DNA of 63,552 bases, counting the filler, from Octopus bimaculoides (taxonomy: Eukaryota), in assembly GCF_001194135.2 (NCBI RefSeq). It is 5 parts of 5 records of this genome, joined end to end, with 100 filler letters (N's around TTAATTAATTAA, not from the genome) between each part and the next. Parts side by side here need not be neighbours in the genome. Positions count along the whole stretch, not along the records: positions 43,776 to 59,280 come from NC_068985.1; positions 59,381 to 63,552 come from NC_068990.1; 3 more parts are not named here. One strand, 5' to 3'. The notes beneath the pieces are model-generated. The model saw nothing but the letters and a program-made list of their open reading frames with translations, was not told where the DNA came from and did no database searches. Below are positions 51,640 to 63,552 of the stretch, one piece after another (positions within the stretch are counted from its first letter, which is position 1; the number at the start of each line of letters is the position of its first letter). The translations under genes and the position numbers were made by a program.

Positions 51640-52033
51640 CTATATATATATATATATATAGATTTATATATACATACATATATCTATCGATGTAGATATA
51701 TCTATCTGTATAGATATAGATATATATACGCACACATATATACATATGTATATACTTATATATTTTTTCATACGCATGTATGCATAAAAATATATGCACA
51801 TATATATTTACACACTCACATACACACAACACACACACACACACACATACATATGTGCCAGATCACTCGTGAATGCTTTTGCTAACATGCGATTCCGTAC
51901 ACCCTATTACATAGTCAGGTTGTCAGTGACTAAACCAACACTGCCACCGTGTTATCCTAGCAAGAGCTGGACTAGACTTGTGAAAAGGACACTTGAACTA
52001 AGTACAGGGTCAACGACAATCTATCACATATTG

Positions 52034-52430
52034 GTTTCAATATTTTTTTGGCATAAGGCCAGTGTTATGTCTCAAGCTACTGCTATCTAGCACCTCCGGA
52101 TGATCTCTACTCAACCGCTACACGACCGCTACACGACTGCTACTCAACAGTCACTCAACTCCTACCACGGCCAGACTATCTTTATTTATATATCTTGGGC
52201 GGTCCTACTTCTTCGCTTGGGGGCGTCGACACAACAGCCAGCAATTTCAGGGAGGGAGCAAGTCGATTATATTGACCCCACTGCTCAACTGGAACTTATT
52301 TTATCGACTTCGAAAGGATGGAAAGCAAACTCAACCTCGGCGGAATATGAACTCAGAACATAAAGACGGACGAAATACCGCTAAGTATTTTACTCAGTGC
52401 AGTAACGATTCTGCCAGCTCGCCGCCTCAT
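52034..52430 (-). mobile_element. SINE family B with target-site duplication and an internal insert of about 150 bp
   Basis: SINE end at 52034-52075, remainder at 52230-52430, and flanking direct repeats AC(A/C)ATCTATCACATATTG at 52016-52033 and 52431-52448. Confidence 0.8.
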
Positions 52431-52591
52431 ACCATCTATCACATATTGATAGAAGTGATAGAAGACGAACATTAAGATAATCGAGATGGTGAAGAAGAGC
52501 GCTGTTAGACAGCCGAGAGCGACAGGGAGAAGACGGTTATTCTGAATTAGAACCCGCTAAGTCAAGCTAGTATAAACTTTATGATCTGCAA

Positions 52592-53063
52592 GCGTGGTTG
52601 CGTGATTAAGAATCTTGCTTCTCAATCACGTAGTTTTAGATTCAGTCCCATTGCAAGACACCTTGAGCAAGTATCTTTTCCTATAGCTCCAGACCGACCA
52701 GTGCCTTGTGAGTGAATCTAGTACATACACACATACACGCGCACGCACACACACACACACACACGTGCACGCACGTACATGCACGCGTGCGTACACACAC
52801 ACACACACACACACGCACACACACATACACGCACAAAGCTATGTATGCGTGTGCGTCATTGTTTTGTGTTTCCCCTGCCACTTGACAACTGATGTTGGTT
52901 TGTTTACGTTCCTGTAATCTTGCAGTTCGGCAAAAGAAACCGATAGAATAGGCACCAGACTTTAAAATACGTACTGGCGTTGCTTTGTGATCGACTAGAC
53001 CCTTCACAACGGCTCCTCATGATAGCCACAGTCTACTGACTGAAACAAGTAGAAGACAAAAGG
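52592..53063 (+). mobile_element. SINE family A, full-length, diverged
   Basis: Head GCGTGGTTGCGTGATTAAGAATCTTGCTTC...GACACCTTGAGCAAG, then (CA)n, then tail GCCACAGTCTACTGACTGAAACAAG. Confidence 0.85.
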
Positions 53064-53064
53064 T

Positions 53065-54400
53065 AACCATTTCAATACCTGTGATCTGAGAATTTGCTTC
53101 TTTTTCGGTGACTTATAAATGCCCAAATAAGGAATCTTTTTATTATGGATATCTTAGATTTTATCCATGTACAGGTGTTGTTTGTTAACAGACATGTTCC
53201 ATTATGACTCATTATAAGGCAAACACCATACCATGCTCATTATTGGCTCTCGAAACGTACTGCAATGCTTTCCGAGGTATGGTGCTGGTATAGGCATGCA
53301 TCGTGAGTGTGTCAACTTCACTTGTTTCATTGGTCGAGAGTCTGAAATATTTCACATATCGCCACAACTGTTTGATGCAGTTCTCTATTATAACTATGTT
53401 AAAATCTTTGGTACTACCTATGCTGTTTGACAAATATCTATGCCCAGGAGAAGAAAAAAAAAACTTCCATCTAAAAAGATTTTCTTTTTGTTTCTCATTT
53501 TCGCTTTCAATAGAGTATCTTTTGTTCGTTTACTTTCACAGAGAACATTGACGTTTAATCAATTATCATCAGAAAAGCATTTTATATTCTTTGAGAATCT
53601 TACGAGAGAATTTCCACGAATGGTAACTATGTTTCTATGATAAGTACGCGAAAACCAAGCTCTGATATCCTCCAGCAAATCGGCATCAATGCCAGATGTT
53701 GCAAATGGGTTGTTCTTGCCCCGTACTATCTTACAAATGTATTGTACAGATATGTTTTACCTTGCTTCCCTGCTTCATGCTCTCGCTTGAAGGGGCTGGG
53801 GTCATACCAGATTAGTGATCCCAGAGACATCATAATGCATAGAGCCGACCAGGTCCACCAGTGCACCACATGACTGGCGGTCCCTGCCATCCCTTCTGCA
53901 TCCTCCAAAGTGACGTCGAGCCTCTGGAGATCTTCCTCAATCACGCCCAACCACCTGGTGTGAAGCCTGCTACGAGGCCTCTTCCAGCCAGCAGCTGCTG
54001 CGTCGAATGAGAGAACCTCGAAAACTATCAAAGAAGTTCTGTAACATTTAGATCTAATATTTCTACGATACTGTCATACATTGTATTTTAAAGTTTACAT
54101 GAACAGCATTTTTCAAATGAGCTTTACTGATGTCATCGTTAAAAATTAGTGCATATTCAGGTAATTGTATTTCGAGGCAACGTAGACCGTGATTAATGAG
54201 TGTTTGCTGAATATAATGTACTGTTGTAACCGTCATTTGTTCTGCCTACTTGCTATGAAATCCTGGAGTATTGATCTAACCGGTCTACTTATGGCGTATA
54301 TAAGCGCAAATAATTCTCTCAGTTGAGAAGGCATTCTGATATCTACTGCTTTTGATATACATCCGACCATTCGTAATAATTATTACCTCTGACTTAGCGA
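53065..54400 (-). pseudogene. Decayed Helitron RepHel: Pif1-family helicase region (interrupted by an RTE fragment)
   Basis: In order on the minus strand: AVDIRMPSQLRELFA, IQQTLINHGLRC..QLPE, MYDSIVEIL, GKQGKTYLYNT (Walker A), ATSGIDADLLEDIR (motif Ia), LMIID*TSM (Walker B), LLGIDICQTA*VVPK (cf. GGDFRQTLPVVP) and LWRYVKYFRLSTN. Confidence 0.8.
53790..54030 (-). mobile_element. RTE-clade LINE 3' fragment
   Basis: VLSFDAAAAGWKRPRSRLHTRWLGVIEEDL (cf. WKRPRGRPRTRW..IEEDL). Confidence 0.8.
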
Positions 54401-54749
54401 AGGCGGAGGTATTGTTTTCAGTCGTGCTTGTTTGCATGTTTGTTTGTCCGTGGACAAGATATCTCAAGAACCGCTGAATGGATTCGGATGAAACTTTCAG
54501 GGATGTTTGGCATCGTGACTGGCACGAACTGATTAGATTTTGAGATCGATCCGATACCGGACAAGGATTCTGGATGATTTTTCCTGTTTTTTTTTTTTTA
54601 ACTTAATTTTTGAGAGCAGTTGGGTTCATTTTTAGTATTCTCGTTTGTGAGAGCAGTCGATTTTGTTTCAGATATTCTCATTTTAAAAATCATCTGAGGA
54701 CGTTGGTGTTGCTTTGGCGAAGGTTTGCGCTCTCTGAATGCTCCTTGTT
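54380..54749 (+). mobile_element. Second non-autonomous Helentron/DINE-1-like element
   Basis: 5' TTACCTCTG..CGGAGGT IR, an internal GGATGAAACTTTCAGG block similar to 50490-50520, and a 3' TTGGCGAAGGTTTGCGCTCTCTGAATGC matching 50979-51006. Confidence 0.7.
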
Positions 54750-55387
54750 ATTATTATTTCTACTTTCATTCACCATTTTATAAGTATGGGAAACAACAAC
54801 CTCATGGATGAGGTTATTTTTAAAGCTTGAGGCTTCTTTCACAAACAATAATAATAATAATTTCGAGTCAAATCTTTGATTCTTGAGATGTTATTTTATC
54901 TCCTCCACGGACTCTCAGTTTTCAACGTAATGGTAACAAATATCGTAATATGGTTACCGTCTGGCAGTTTCATCAGACCTGTTTAGTCTAAAGTTTGGCC
55001 CGAGAAGAGTGTTTCAGTTATGGACACCTCGAAATTCGAATCTTTCAGCACCTTCTTGAAAGTAAACTGGTTACTAATGTTCAAGATGTAATGGAAGACG
55101 AATTACAGCACATGGTTTATTATGCGTTTCGTTTTCCAGCAACACCCTAAGTTTCTTGTAGAGAGTTGACATAACGATCATTTATGAACTGCATAATCTA
55201 TCATACCCGAAAACATTATGCTTTCGATTTTGCATCTATGGTCAACGATCAATCATGTATGTGTTGTGTGTGTGTTTGTGTGTGTGTGCGTGTGTGCATG
55301 CGTGCTCGCGCATGTATGTATGCATGTATATATGTATGTATATGTGTGAGAGAGAGAGAGAAGGAGAGAGAGAAAGAGAGAGAGGGA

Positions 55388-55418
<31 letters not shown>

Positions 55419-55980
55419 GGAGAGAGAGAAAGAGAGAGAGAGTTGCATGAGTATGTGCATGTCTGCTTTGAATTTAGAAGTTACAATGCAAACATACAAA
55501 ACTATATATATGATTACTATTCACCGTCTCACGGGGAAGTTTTGTAGGACATTATTTTACGAAATAGTAACGAAAGCCCTTTCATACCACACTCTACTGA
55601 CTACGAAGAAAACCAAAGATGAAATGCAGCAGTAGTAACAACTTTCTTTCTGTCCCTTTCTGGAAAAGTGGAAAACAAAAAGATATAGAATGAAAACCAT
55701 ACACGAAGAAAGAGAGGTAGACATAAGTTGCTAAAAAGAAGGTTAGCAATGATGATAATGGTGACAGTTCACTTGTGTAACGACAAACTCTTCCTCTTTC
55801 AGTTTCTTTGATCCTTTTATTTTCTTTTGGAATAGTAGAAGAGAGAGATAGAGAATGCATTAAAAAAAGAATGACATAAATAGAGTGATTGGGATGATGG
55901 CGGTGCTACGTTTGTGTGGAATCAAACGCTTTGTTATTCTTCTTTCAGACTCTCTTTAATCCTCCTCCTTCTCCCCTCCG

Positions 55981-56064
<84 letters not shown>

Positions 56065-56419
56065 NNNNNNNNNNNNNNNNNNNNNNNNNNNNNNNNNNNN
56101 NNNNNNNNNNNNNNNNNNNNNNNNNNNNNNNNNNNNNNNNNNNNNNNNNNNNNNNNNNNNNNNNNNNNAAATATATATTAAAGAGTCGAGATTTAAATTA
56201 ATATTGTTTCTAACATAAGCACAAGGCTTGCAAATTGAGGGAGTTTAATCAACCAAATCAGCTCTAGTACTTGATTGTATTTAATCTTAGTTATTATCCC
56301 CGAAAGGATAAAAGGTAAACTTGACCTTAGTGAGATAAACCAAGAAACCTCCGTTGGCTGCATTTTTGAATACATTACCACCGCCTATTGTTAGTAAATT
56401 ATAGTATCTTCTATCCACC

Positions 56420-57750
56420 GAACGATTTCTTATAAATACTATGCTTTTTGTTGGAGCTCGTCTATTTACCTGTTATATGTGTTCTATCTCGTCTTCTGCT
56501 GGTAGCATTATTTTCCTTAATAATTCTATTTAGAGTTGCTATACCTTCAAGGCTATATCTTATTTCAGCTTGGTGATTAAATCTAATTTTATTAGCCAGT
56601 GTTGAATCGACAACATACAGTTGAGAAAATTATCTTTCATCTCTCTCGCTAGTTGGAGCATATTCAATATGCAAAGATAACTTCCTCGATACATACTAAT
56701 ACAAAAAGGAACGTCGCACATGATGTAGTTCAGTTATTCGGGTCCCATTGAAGCAAACGAATATGATGAGTTGTAAGGTGTAATATTGCTCTTAAAATTG
56801 GAAATACCACTATGGCCTAGATGAATCATAATATCATTTAAGCATTCCAAATGTCATCATTAAAAAGCTAGACTTTATAGCAGCAGGTATTAAATAAGCT
56901 ATCACTGGATTTCTCAGAAACAAAGTATTCTGCTCTACAAAAATAAGATATTGCGTTAAATTTTCAGCAGTAATGGTACTTAATATTAAAAAAAATTGAT
57001 TAATTGTTTATGTCTTGTATCCTACAATATCGTTCTCAACATTATAATATCTCATGATATTTCTGTCATCTTTTTCTTTATTTTATATTTTCTCTGTGGC
57101 TCACATTCATTTATTATATCTCAATGCGCTTTTCCTTGAGTTTCATCTTTTTAATCTTATTGCAGCTATTTGTCTTAAATCAATTATTCTTCTTTCTCTT
57201 TGTTCTTCAGTTTCGTTTTACTAATTTTATAACAACTCTTTGCCTTCAGTCCTCCATTCATTTCTTTGCTCTTGACTCTCGTTAACAACTCTTACTGCCA
57301 TTTTTTGCCTCACTTCTATTCTTCGATATCTTTGTCCTTCAGTTTTAATTTACACTCTTTGCTGTTCTATATTTTGTACGTGCTCTAATTATCTCTTGTT
57401 CCTAATTAACAGCTGTCTCTGATCTTCTTATGCGTTTCTCTCTATTTCGCTGTATTTATATCTGATCTTCATCAAGTGTCTCTTGAGATCGTCTGAAATG
57501 ATGACTTTGAAATCATGAGATCATCTTGCTGCTGTTTCACCTGTAGTCTGACTAACACTAACGTATCAATTATTCTATATTTGCTGCACGTCGTTCATTC
57601 ACTTCTCCAAGATCTTCACACCTTCTTCATTCCACGGGTGAAAATAATGTCAATATATTTGATATATTCCTTTTGTGTATTAACTTTCCTCTCTTTCTTT
57701 GCATCTTTACTATGCTTTTCATTACATAAACTGCTGTTTTGCTTTATCAA
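56420..57750 (-). pseudogene. Decayed Helitron RepHel N-terminal region
   Basis: Charged repeat NETEEQRERRIIDLRQIAAIRLKDET, zinc-finger remnant CRAEYFVSEK..TCCYKV, NFKSNITPYNSSYSFASMG and FSQLYVVDSTLANKIR..LNRIIKENN, all typical Helitron N-terminal motifs. Confidence 0.75.
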
Positions 57751-58202
57751 GCAAAATGCCGTCAAAATTGGCGACAAACGGTTTTTTTTAATTTTGCATT
57801 TGCGTCATATTTTCAGATATCTGAAAGATATTTATTTTTTGTTCGATATTTAACTTTTGACGTTCCTTGTTGTTTTCTGGACACTAACACAAAGACAGAG
57901 ATACTTTTGTTTTCTAGGTCTCAACCTGCAAATGAAAGGAATTTGTTAAGATCGATTAACTTGCTTTTACACAATCATACATAATTGTTGCAACTCGATA
58001 TTAAGTTGTTCTCTTAAAGCAGCACTGATGTGGTTTTTCAGTCCTCTTAGGAATCTACACTCTTTCGCACACATGAGGCAACGATGGGTGCCTCTTGCAG
58101 TAGGTGTCTAGAGAGTAGCCACCCACGCCGACATGCCTTTATTTCAGCATAGAATGTTTCATTGAGTTTTTGCCTTCTAAGGTTATGGCCAACCATAACA
58201 TG

Positions 58203-58269
<67 letters not shown>

Positions 58270-58944
58270 NNNNNNNNNNNNNNNNNNNNNNNNNNNNNNN
58301 NNNNNNNNNNNNNNNNNNNNNNNNNNNNNNNNNNNNNNNNNNNNNNNNNNNNNNNNNNNNNNNNNNNNNNNNNNNNNNNNNNNNNNNNNNNNNNNNNNNN
58401 NNNNNNNNNNNNNNNNNNNNNNNNNNNNNNNNNNNNNNNNNNNNNNNNNNNNNNNNNNNNNNNNNNNNNNNNNNNNNNNNNNNNNNNNNNNNNNNNNNNN
58501 NNNNNNNNNNNNNNNNNNNNNNNNNNNNNNNNNNNNNNNNNNNNNNNNNNNNNNNNNNNNNNNNNNNNNNNNNNNNNNNNNNNNNNNNNNNNNNNNNNNN
58601 NNNNNNNNNNNNNNNNNNNNNNNNNNNNNNNNNNNNNNNNNNNNNNNNNNNNNNNNNNNNNNNNNNNNNNNNNNNNNNNNNNNNNNNNNNNNNNNNNNNN
58701 NNNNNNNNNNNNNNNNNNNNNNNNNNNNNNNNNNNNNNNNNNNNNNNNNNNNNNNNNNNNNNNNNNNNNNNNNNNNNNNNNNNNNNNNNNNNNNNNNNNN
58801 NNNNNNNNNNNNNNNNNNNNNNNNNNNNNNNNNNNNNNNNNNNNNNNNNNNNNNNNNNNNNNNNNNNNNNNNNNNNNNNNNNNNNNNNNNNNNNNNNNNN
58901 NNNNNNNNNNNNNNNNNNNNNNNNNNNNNNNNNNNNNNNNNNNN

Positions 58945-59132
58945 ATATAACCATTGTATTTGGAGAAATAACCAGTTTCGTGTTGTCTTTTCAAATTTCT
59001 CTACTTCATGGTAACATGTCTACGCTCCCGTGTGTAAATTTACACACGGGAGCGTAGACATGTTACCATGAAGTAGAGAAATTTGAAAAGACAACACGAA
59101 ACTGGTTATTTCTCCAAATACAATGGTTATAT
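58945..59132. repeat. Perfect 188-bp palindrome (two 94-bp arms, no spacer)
   Basis: 58945-59038 is the exact reverse complement of 59039-59132, centred on GTGTAAA|TTTACAC. The left arm abuts a gap. Confidence 0.95.
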
Positions 59133-59242
59133 ACCAAAAAAATTTTATAACATTTTTCCGACATATTTTGAATATATACTTTAACCATGTAACACAAGCC
59201 TTCTGTAGTTTTTTTCACTCTTGTTTATCTTTTATATATATA

Positions 59243-59280
59243 CTAGCAGTATAACCCGACCTTGTCCGGGTGTGACTTAT
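59243..59280 (-). mobile_element. Helitron-type 3' terminus (hairpin plus CTAG)
   Basis: The minus strand reads ACCCGGACAAGGTCGGGT (hairpin) TATACTG CTAG|T, followed by (TA)n. The rest of the element falls in the gap. Confidence 0.65.
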
Positions 59281-59380
59281 NNNNNNNNNNNNNNNNNNNN
59301 NNNNNNNNNNNNNNNNNNNNNNNNTTAATTAATTAANNNNNNNNNNNNNNNNNNNNNNNNNNNNNNNNNNNNNNNNNNNN

Positions 59381-59563
59381 GTGCTTTATTCCTTCCTCTG
59401 GAAGGTATGAAGTTGCTTTTGTTTTTAATAATTGAGTCATCCTCATTGTTGAAGTTTATGAAAGCTTCTGTTAAACGAAGCTTTCTGCAAAATTCTGAAA
59501 TGTCATCCTTGATCTCAGGGGGGTTGGGTGTTCTTGGGGAGGGTGTGAATTTTAATTCTCTGG
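59381..59563 (-). mobile_element. Penelope-like element ORF fragment (pre-RT region)
   Basis: RELKFTPSPRTPNPPEIKDDISEFCRKLRLTEAF..EDDSIIKNK/SNFIPSRGRNK (cf. PLE LxKGLxFxPTP..F.RxLRL). Confidence 0.65.
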
Positions 59564-59564
59564 C

Positions 59565-60351
59565 TATCTACCTGGACCAAGAAACTGCACAACAGAAAAC
59601 TCCTTTTCTGGAACATGCTTAAAAACCACAACAAAGCTGAAATTTATGACAAATGGTTAAACTCTTCTCCTATCATACTACCCCGTAAATTCCAAATTAA
59701 ACACATCACAGATGAACCAGAAGAACAGCGCTTTCTAAGAGAAAAACTGGCATCTGAAAAGATGAAAACTGAAGTGGAACTTTTAAAACTCAGAGCACAA
59801 AATCACGAACAAAAATACACAAAAATTGATGATGTGATGCTCTTCGAACTTACCACACACTCCAACGAGCAATCCCTCGAACATGTTATTAAGCTGTGGA
59901 AAGATGAATGCCAAAAGTAAGAACTAACTTCCCTTAAACACTGGAAAAACAACAAAAAATTCCTCCATAACTATGAAACACAATTCATATTAAACCTCAA
60001 ATCAAAAAACCCCTTCACAAAAGGACCAACAATACATACTACCACTGCTCCCCACAAACACCACCCCAAACCACACTACAAACACACATACCCCCCTACC
60101 TCCCTCCACACCAAACACATCCTTTTCCAACCCTACANNNNNNNNNNNNNNNNNNNNNNNCTACAAAAACCCTTTTTCCCCACAAAATAATCCAAACAAG
60201 ACCCAACTCAACCATTCTCATTCCATATGGACTAGAAGCATCATGAACCCCCCCTTATACTTGCTATTATCCCCATCTCAATGCCCCTTGCTCTCACACC
60301 AATAGCAAACAAGGAATCCTACCCACACCTATGCATAAATCTCCCACCCAA
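59565..60351 (+). mobile_element. A/C-rich ORF remnant, probably the upstream part of the same Penelope-like family
   Basis: Protein-like ORF 59615-59920 (MLKNHNKAEIYDKWL...KLWKDECQK*ELTS) followed by Pro/His-rich decayed sequence. The link to the PLE is inferred. Confidence 0.5.
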
Positions 60352-61505
60352 NNNNNNNNNNNNNNNNNNNNNNNNNNNNNNNNNNNNNNNNNNNNNNNNN
60401 NNNNNNNNNNNNNNNNNNNNNNNNNNNNNNNNNNNNNNNNNNNNNNNNNNNATATATACATGTATATATATACTTATTACGGAAATGTACTTGTATAGCA
60501 AGTGACCAGAGTTGAAATCGTGTGCTGAAACAAAAAGAATTGCAGCGTGGAAGGTGATTATAAGCCATTTAAAAACACACAATGACCGTTAGATTCACTT
60601 CAACATTTAAAATTAATTTACCAAAATATTTTTGTCGCTTTGAGACCGTGACCTGTTCACTGACAAAATTCCGTGCTGTATCTTGTATATATAGATATAT
60701 ATATTGTTTGATGTGGTGTACACCTCTTATGTTTTAAGAAAAATTAGGTTGTTAGGATAGGATTAAAACTATTTATTGAGCGCGTTCAGCCATTTGAGGG
60801 ATTCATCATGAATATTTTTTTATAGAAAATTCATGCCCCATCTATGAACGTAAATTAGTTGGAAAGATCTGGAGATAAATTTGTTTTTATGCATTTTGAG
60901 AAAATCATGTCTTGGGAATTGTTGAGATTTTCTTTGTTATTTTAAATCTATGTGGGTGTGTGTATATATATGCGTGTGGTGAATTCTTGGGTGGCTTGGT
61001 TAGAGAAAAGGATAAAGAAAGAAAGTAAAAGAGAAAGAAGAGAAGAAACAATGAAACAAGCGAACAAACAAAGCAAGAAAGATAGAAAAAAAGGAAGTAG
61101 GAAGGAAAGAATAAATGAATGGAACGGGTGGTTTTCTGGGATGATTGAAATTGATGGCAAGTCAAAAGGGTCAAATTTTTTTATCAATTGCAATGAATTT
61201 ATTTTAGTCATTGAATGACTAATAGTATTTTTGGTCAGTTGTCATGTTATCCAGCTGTAGAAAATAGATTCTAGCAATTTGATTTGGAAGTTATTTTTCA
61301 ATGAGTGGTGTGTGTGTGTGTGTGTATGTGTTTAAGCATATATGTGTGTTTAAGCGTATCTGTGTGAGAAGGTGTATGTGTCTGTTGGTTGCTTAAGTGA
61401 ATGTTTCCAAATATTTTTGTTACACTAATGAGAATATGTATATGTATATATATNNNNNNNNNNNNNNNNNNNNNNNNNNNNNNNNNNNNNNNNNNNNNNN
61501 NNNNN

Positions 61506-61537
<32 letters not shown>

Positions 61538-61689
61538 CATTGTATCACTGTATCGAACAGACTTCCAGATGTAGTTATACGTCGCTGGTTACAATACCCT
61601 TCCAATTCTTCTTGATTGTGCCATTCTTTTCCATTTGGCGCAAATCGTTTAACTAGACCATCTTGCCATCGCTGTGGTGGCTTTGTAAT

Positions 61690-62864
61690 CAGTGAAATTG
61701 AAAATGCCCTAAATCTGATGAAAGCAGACAAAGCTTCAAGAAAAGGTGGCATAACAATATAGTTGAGGTGCTGAAGTAAAGAACTGTATAAAAAAAAAAA
61801 AACTTCGTTCTACACTCCAATATTTATCTGAAAAAGAGTAAAACATCTTCGCTGTGGAATGTATCGAATATCATTTTGCTTCAAGAGGAGGGTTATACAA
61901 AACGATTTAAGAAACTATCGACCCACATGTCGTTTCTCTCACCTCTACGAACTCTTTACAAAACCTAAAGTCAACGTACTATTGAACCATTTGGATTACT
62001 AGCAGCCCAGTGAGCCAGCATTACAGTACGTTTGATCATATATTCACTTTAACAGACTATTGAATGAGCTGAAGTGTACATGCTACTTCAGTGCATCGCT
62101 TTCGTTAAGAATAAAAAAGCCCTCGAGAGTATCGAGATAAAACTAGGATTGAAATATCTTGAAATGCAAGGTATCGAAGTCCAAATACCACAAACTGTAC
62201 AGGGATGAGAACCATGGGTTCATCGTCGATCCAGTTCTGTCATCACCAGTGAGAAGGGCATCAATCAAAGAGACGCCATCGCTCCAAAGCTCTTCATCGC
62301 ATGTCTAGAAAGGTTCATCAGAGATAATGACTGGATAGGTGGAGTAAACATCAACACCGAGCAACTAACACACATCCGGTTCGCAAATGATTCGTTACTC
62401 ACTACCAAAACAACAAATCTGCTGCAAACGATGCTGGCAGAGGCTGACGCCCATTGTTCCGCATCAAGCTTTAAAATGCAACACAATATATACGGTGCAA
62501 AAACTAACACGAGGCCGAATAGAGATGGTAAGCAAGGAAATCGCGACAGTAAAGGGAATATATCCACAGAGACATACTGAAATATGAAAGATAATAAGAG
62601 CAAGGTCGAAGGCGTTTACTTCGATAAAGGATGGATTCAAAGCAAAGCTAGGAATAACCATACGCGACAGACACATCTGTTACACCAACCTATCAACTCT
62701 TTTTTGTGCAATTGTGACTCGGGCCACTAGGAAGAGGGCAGAACGTTGATTGTCTACGACCCAAAGATCCTGCATGCACCCATGTTAGGAATATCTTTAC
62801 GAAAGCATATACGAAGTGAAATAATTTGAGATTGGATCAGCGTGAACGGTGTAATGGACAATGG

Positions 62865-62865
<1 letters not shown>
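61690..62865 (+). mobile_element. Decayed RTE-clade LINE reverse transcriptase
   Basis: SEIENALNLMKADKA, WNVSNIILL, DHIFTL, KALESIE, KGINQRDAIAPKLFIACLE (cf. QGD.ISPKLF), IRFANDSLL (cf. FADD) and GAKTN. Confidence 0.85.
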
Positions 62866-62906
<41 letters not shown>

Positions 62907-62963
62907 CATACATACATACATACATACATACATAGACAGATAGATAGACAGATAGACAGATAT

Positions 62964-62998
<35 letters not shown>

Positions 62999-62999
62999 T

Positions 63000-63032
<33 letters not shown>

Positions 63033-63045
63033 CAGAGAGATAGAT
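62866..63045. repeat. (TAGA)n/(TACA)n compound microsatellite
   Basis: Read directly from the sequence. Confidence 0.95.
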
Positions 63046-63366
63046 GTACATATAACCATTTGGGTATCTTTAACCTTTATTCCTCACTTTTCCTTTACAC
63101 GTAATTCTTTCACGCTCTCTCTCTCTTTCCCTCCCTCTCTCTCCCTCTCTCTTCCCCACTTTTACTCTTTCAATCATTATATCATTCTTTAATAATAGTG
63201 TTCCCATCCTCGTCTCACCACCAACATACATTTCTCGCCTACGTAATTTTTTCTCTCATTTAAGCAAGAACGATAAACAGCAGCACAACATATAACGCAA
63301 CCAGTTTGCTTTTGAGATTACCTTTTGTCATCTACTTGCATATCAACTACTACTACTGTCAATAAA

Positions 63367-63449
<83 letters not shown>

Positions 63450-63455
63450 TAATAC

Positions 63456-63552
<97 letters not shown>
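63367..63552. repeat. (AAT)n microsatellite running off the window end
   Basis: Read directly from the sequence. Confidence 0.97.

Noticed and set aside
56640-56680. YAPT motif suggesting a LINE APE endonuclease
   Set aside because: The same frame continues into FSQLYVVDS and the neighbouring motifs are Helitron N-terminal, so the YAPT match is coincidental.
59243-59280. Treating this Helitron terminus as the end of the 53-58 kb Helitron
   Set aside because: It is a minus-strand 3' end lying upstream of the minus-strand ORF, so it must belong to a different element.
60625-60670. Minus-strand GTGAACA GGTCAC..GCGAC AAAA resembling a hammerhead core plus stem II
   Set aside because: Both core segments are mutated and no stem I or stem III is evident.
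58-63059. Long ORFs in the six-frame track (poly-X, CVCV, HTHT, YIYI, LSIY, poly-Thr/Val)
   Set aside because: They are produced by N gaps and microsatellites, not by coding sequence.

Overview
This is AT-rich, repeat-dense eukaryotic DNA from a draft assembly. About 8 kb of it is N, in roughly 23 gaps, and most gaps are flanked by microsatellites. The SINE families look like those of an octopod cephalopod (Octopus-like); that is inferred from recalled repeat consensuses, not from a search. I found no intact protein-coding gene or confidently identifiable host exon. Nearly all ORFs in the track are microsatellite or N artefacts, or transposon debris. The window holds three to four tRNA-type SINE families in many copies. 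It also holds decayed non-LTR retrotransposons of several clades (Tx1/L1, Vingi/Ingi, RTE x4, R4-like, CRE-like, Penelope-like), a fragmented autonomous Helitron (about 53.1-57.8 kb, minus strand) and two non-autonomous Helentron-like elements. The most interesting signal is a set of type I hammerhead-ribozyme folds. Three 43-nt minimal hammerheads sit inside the loop of a 130-150 bp long-hairpin element and show compensatory changes in stems I and III. One complete hammerhead with a long stem II lies at 49692-49788 (minus strand), and there are several decayed ones. All structures were folded by eye and none is experimentally shown to cleave.
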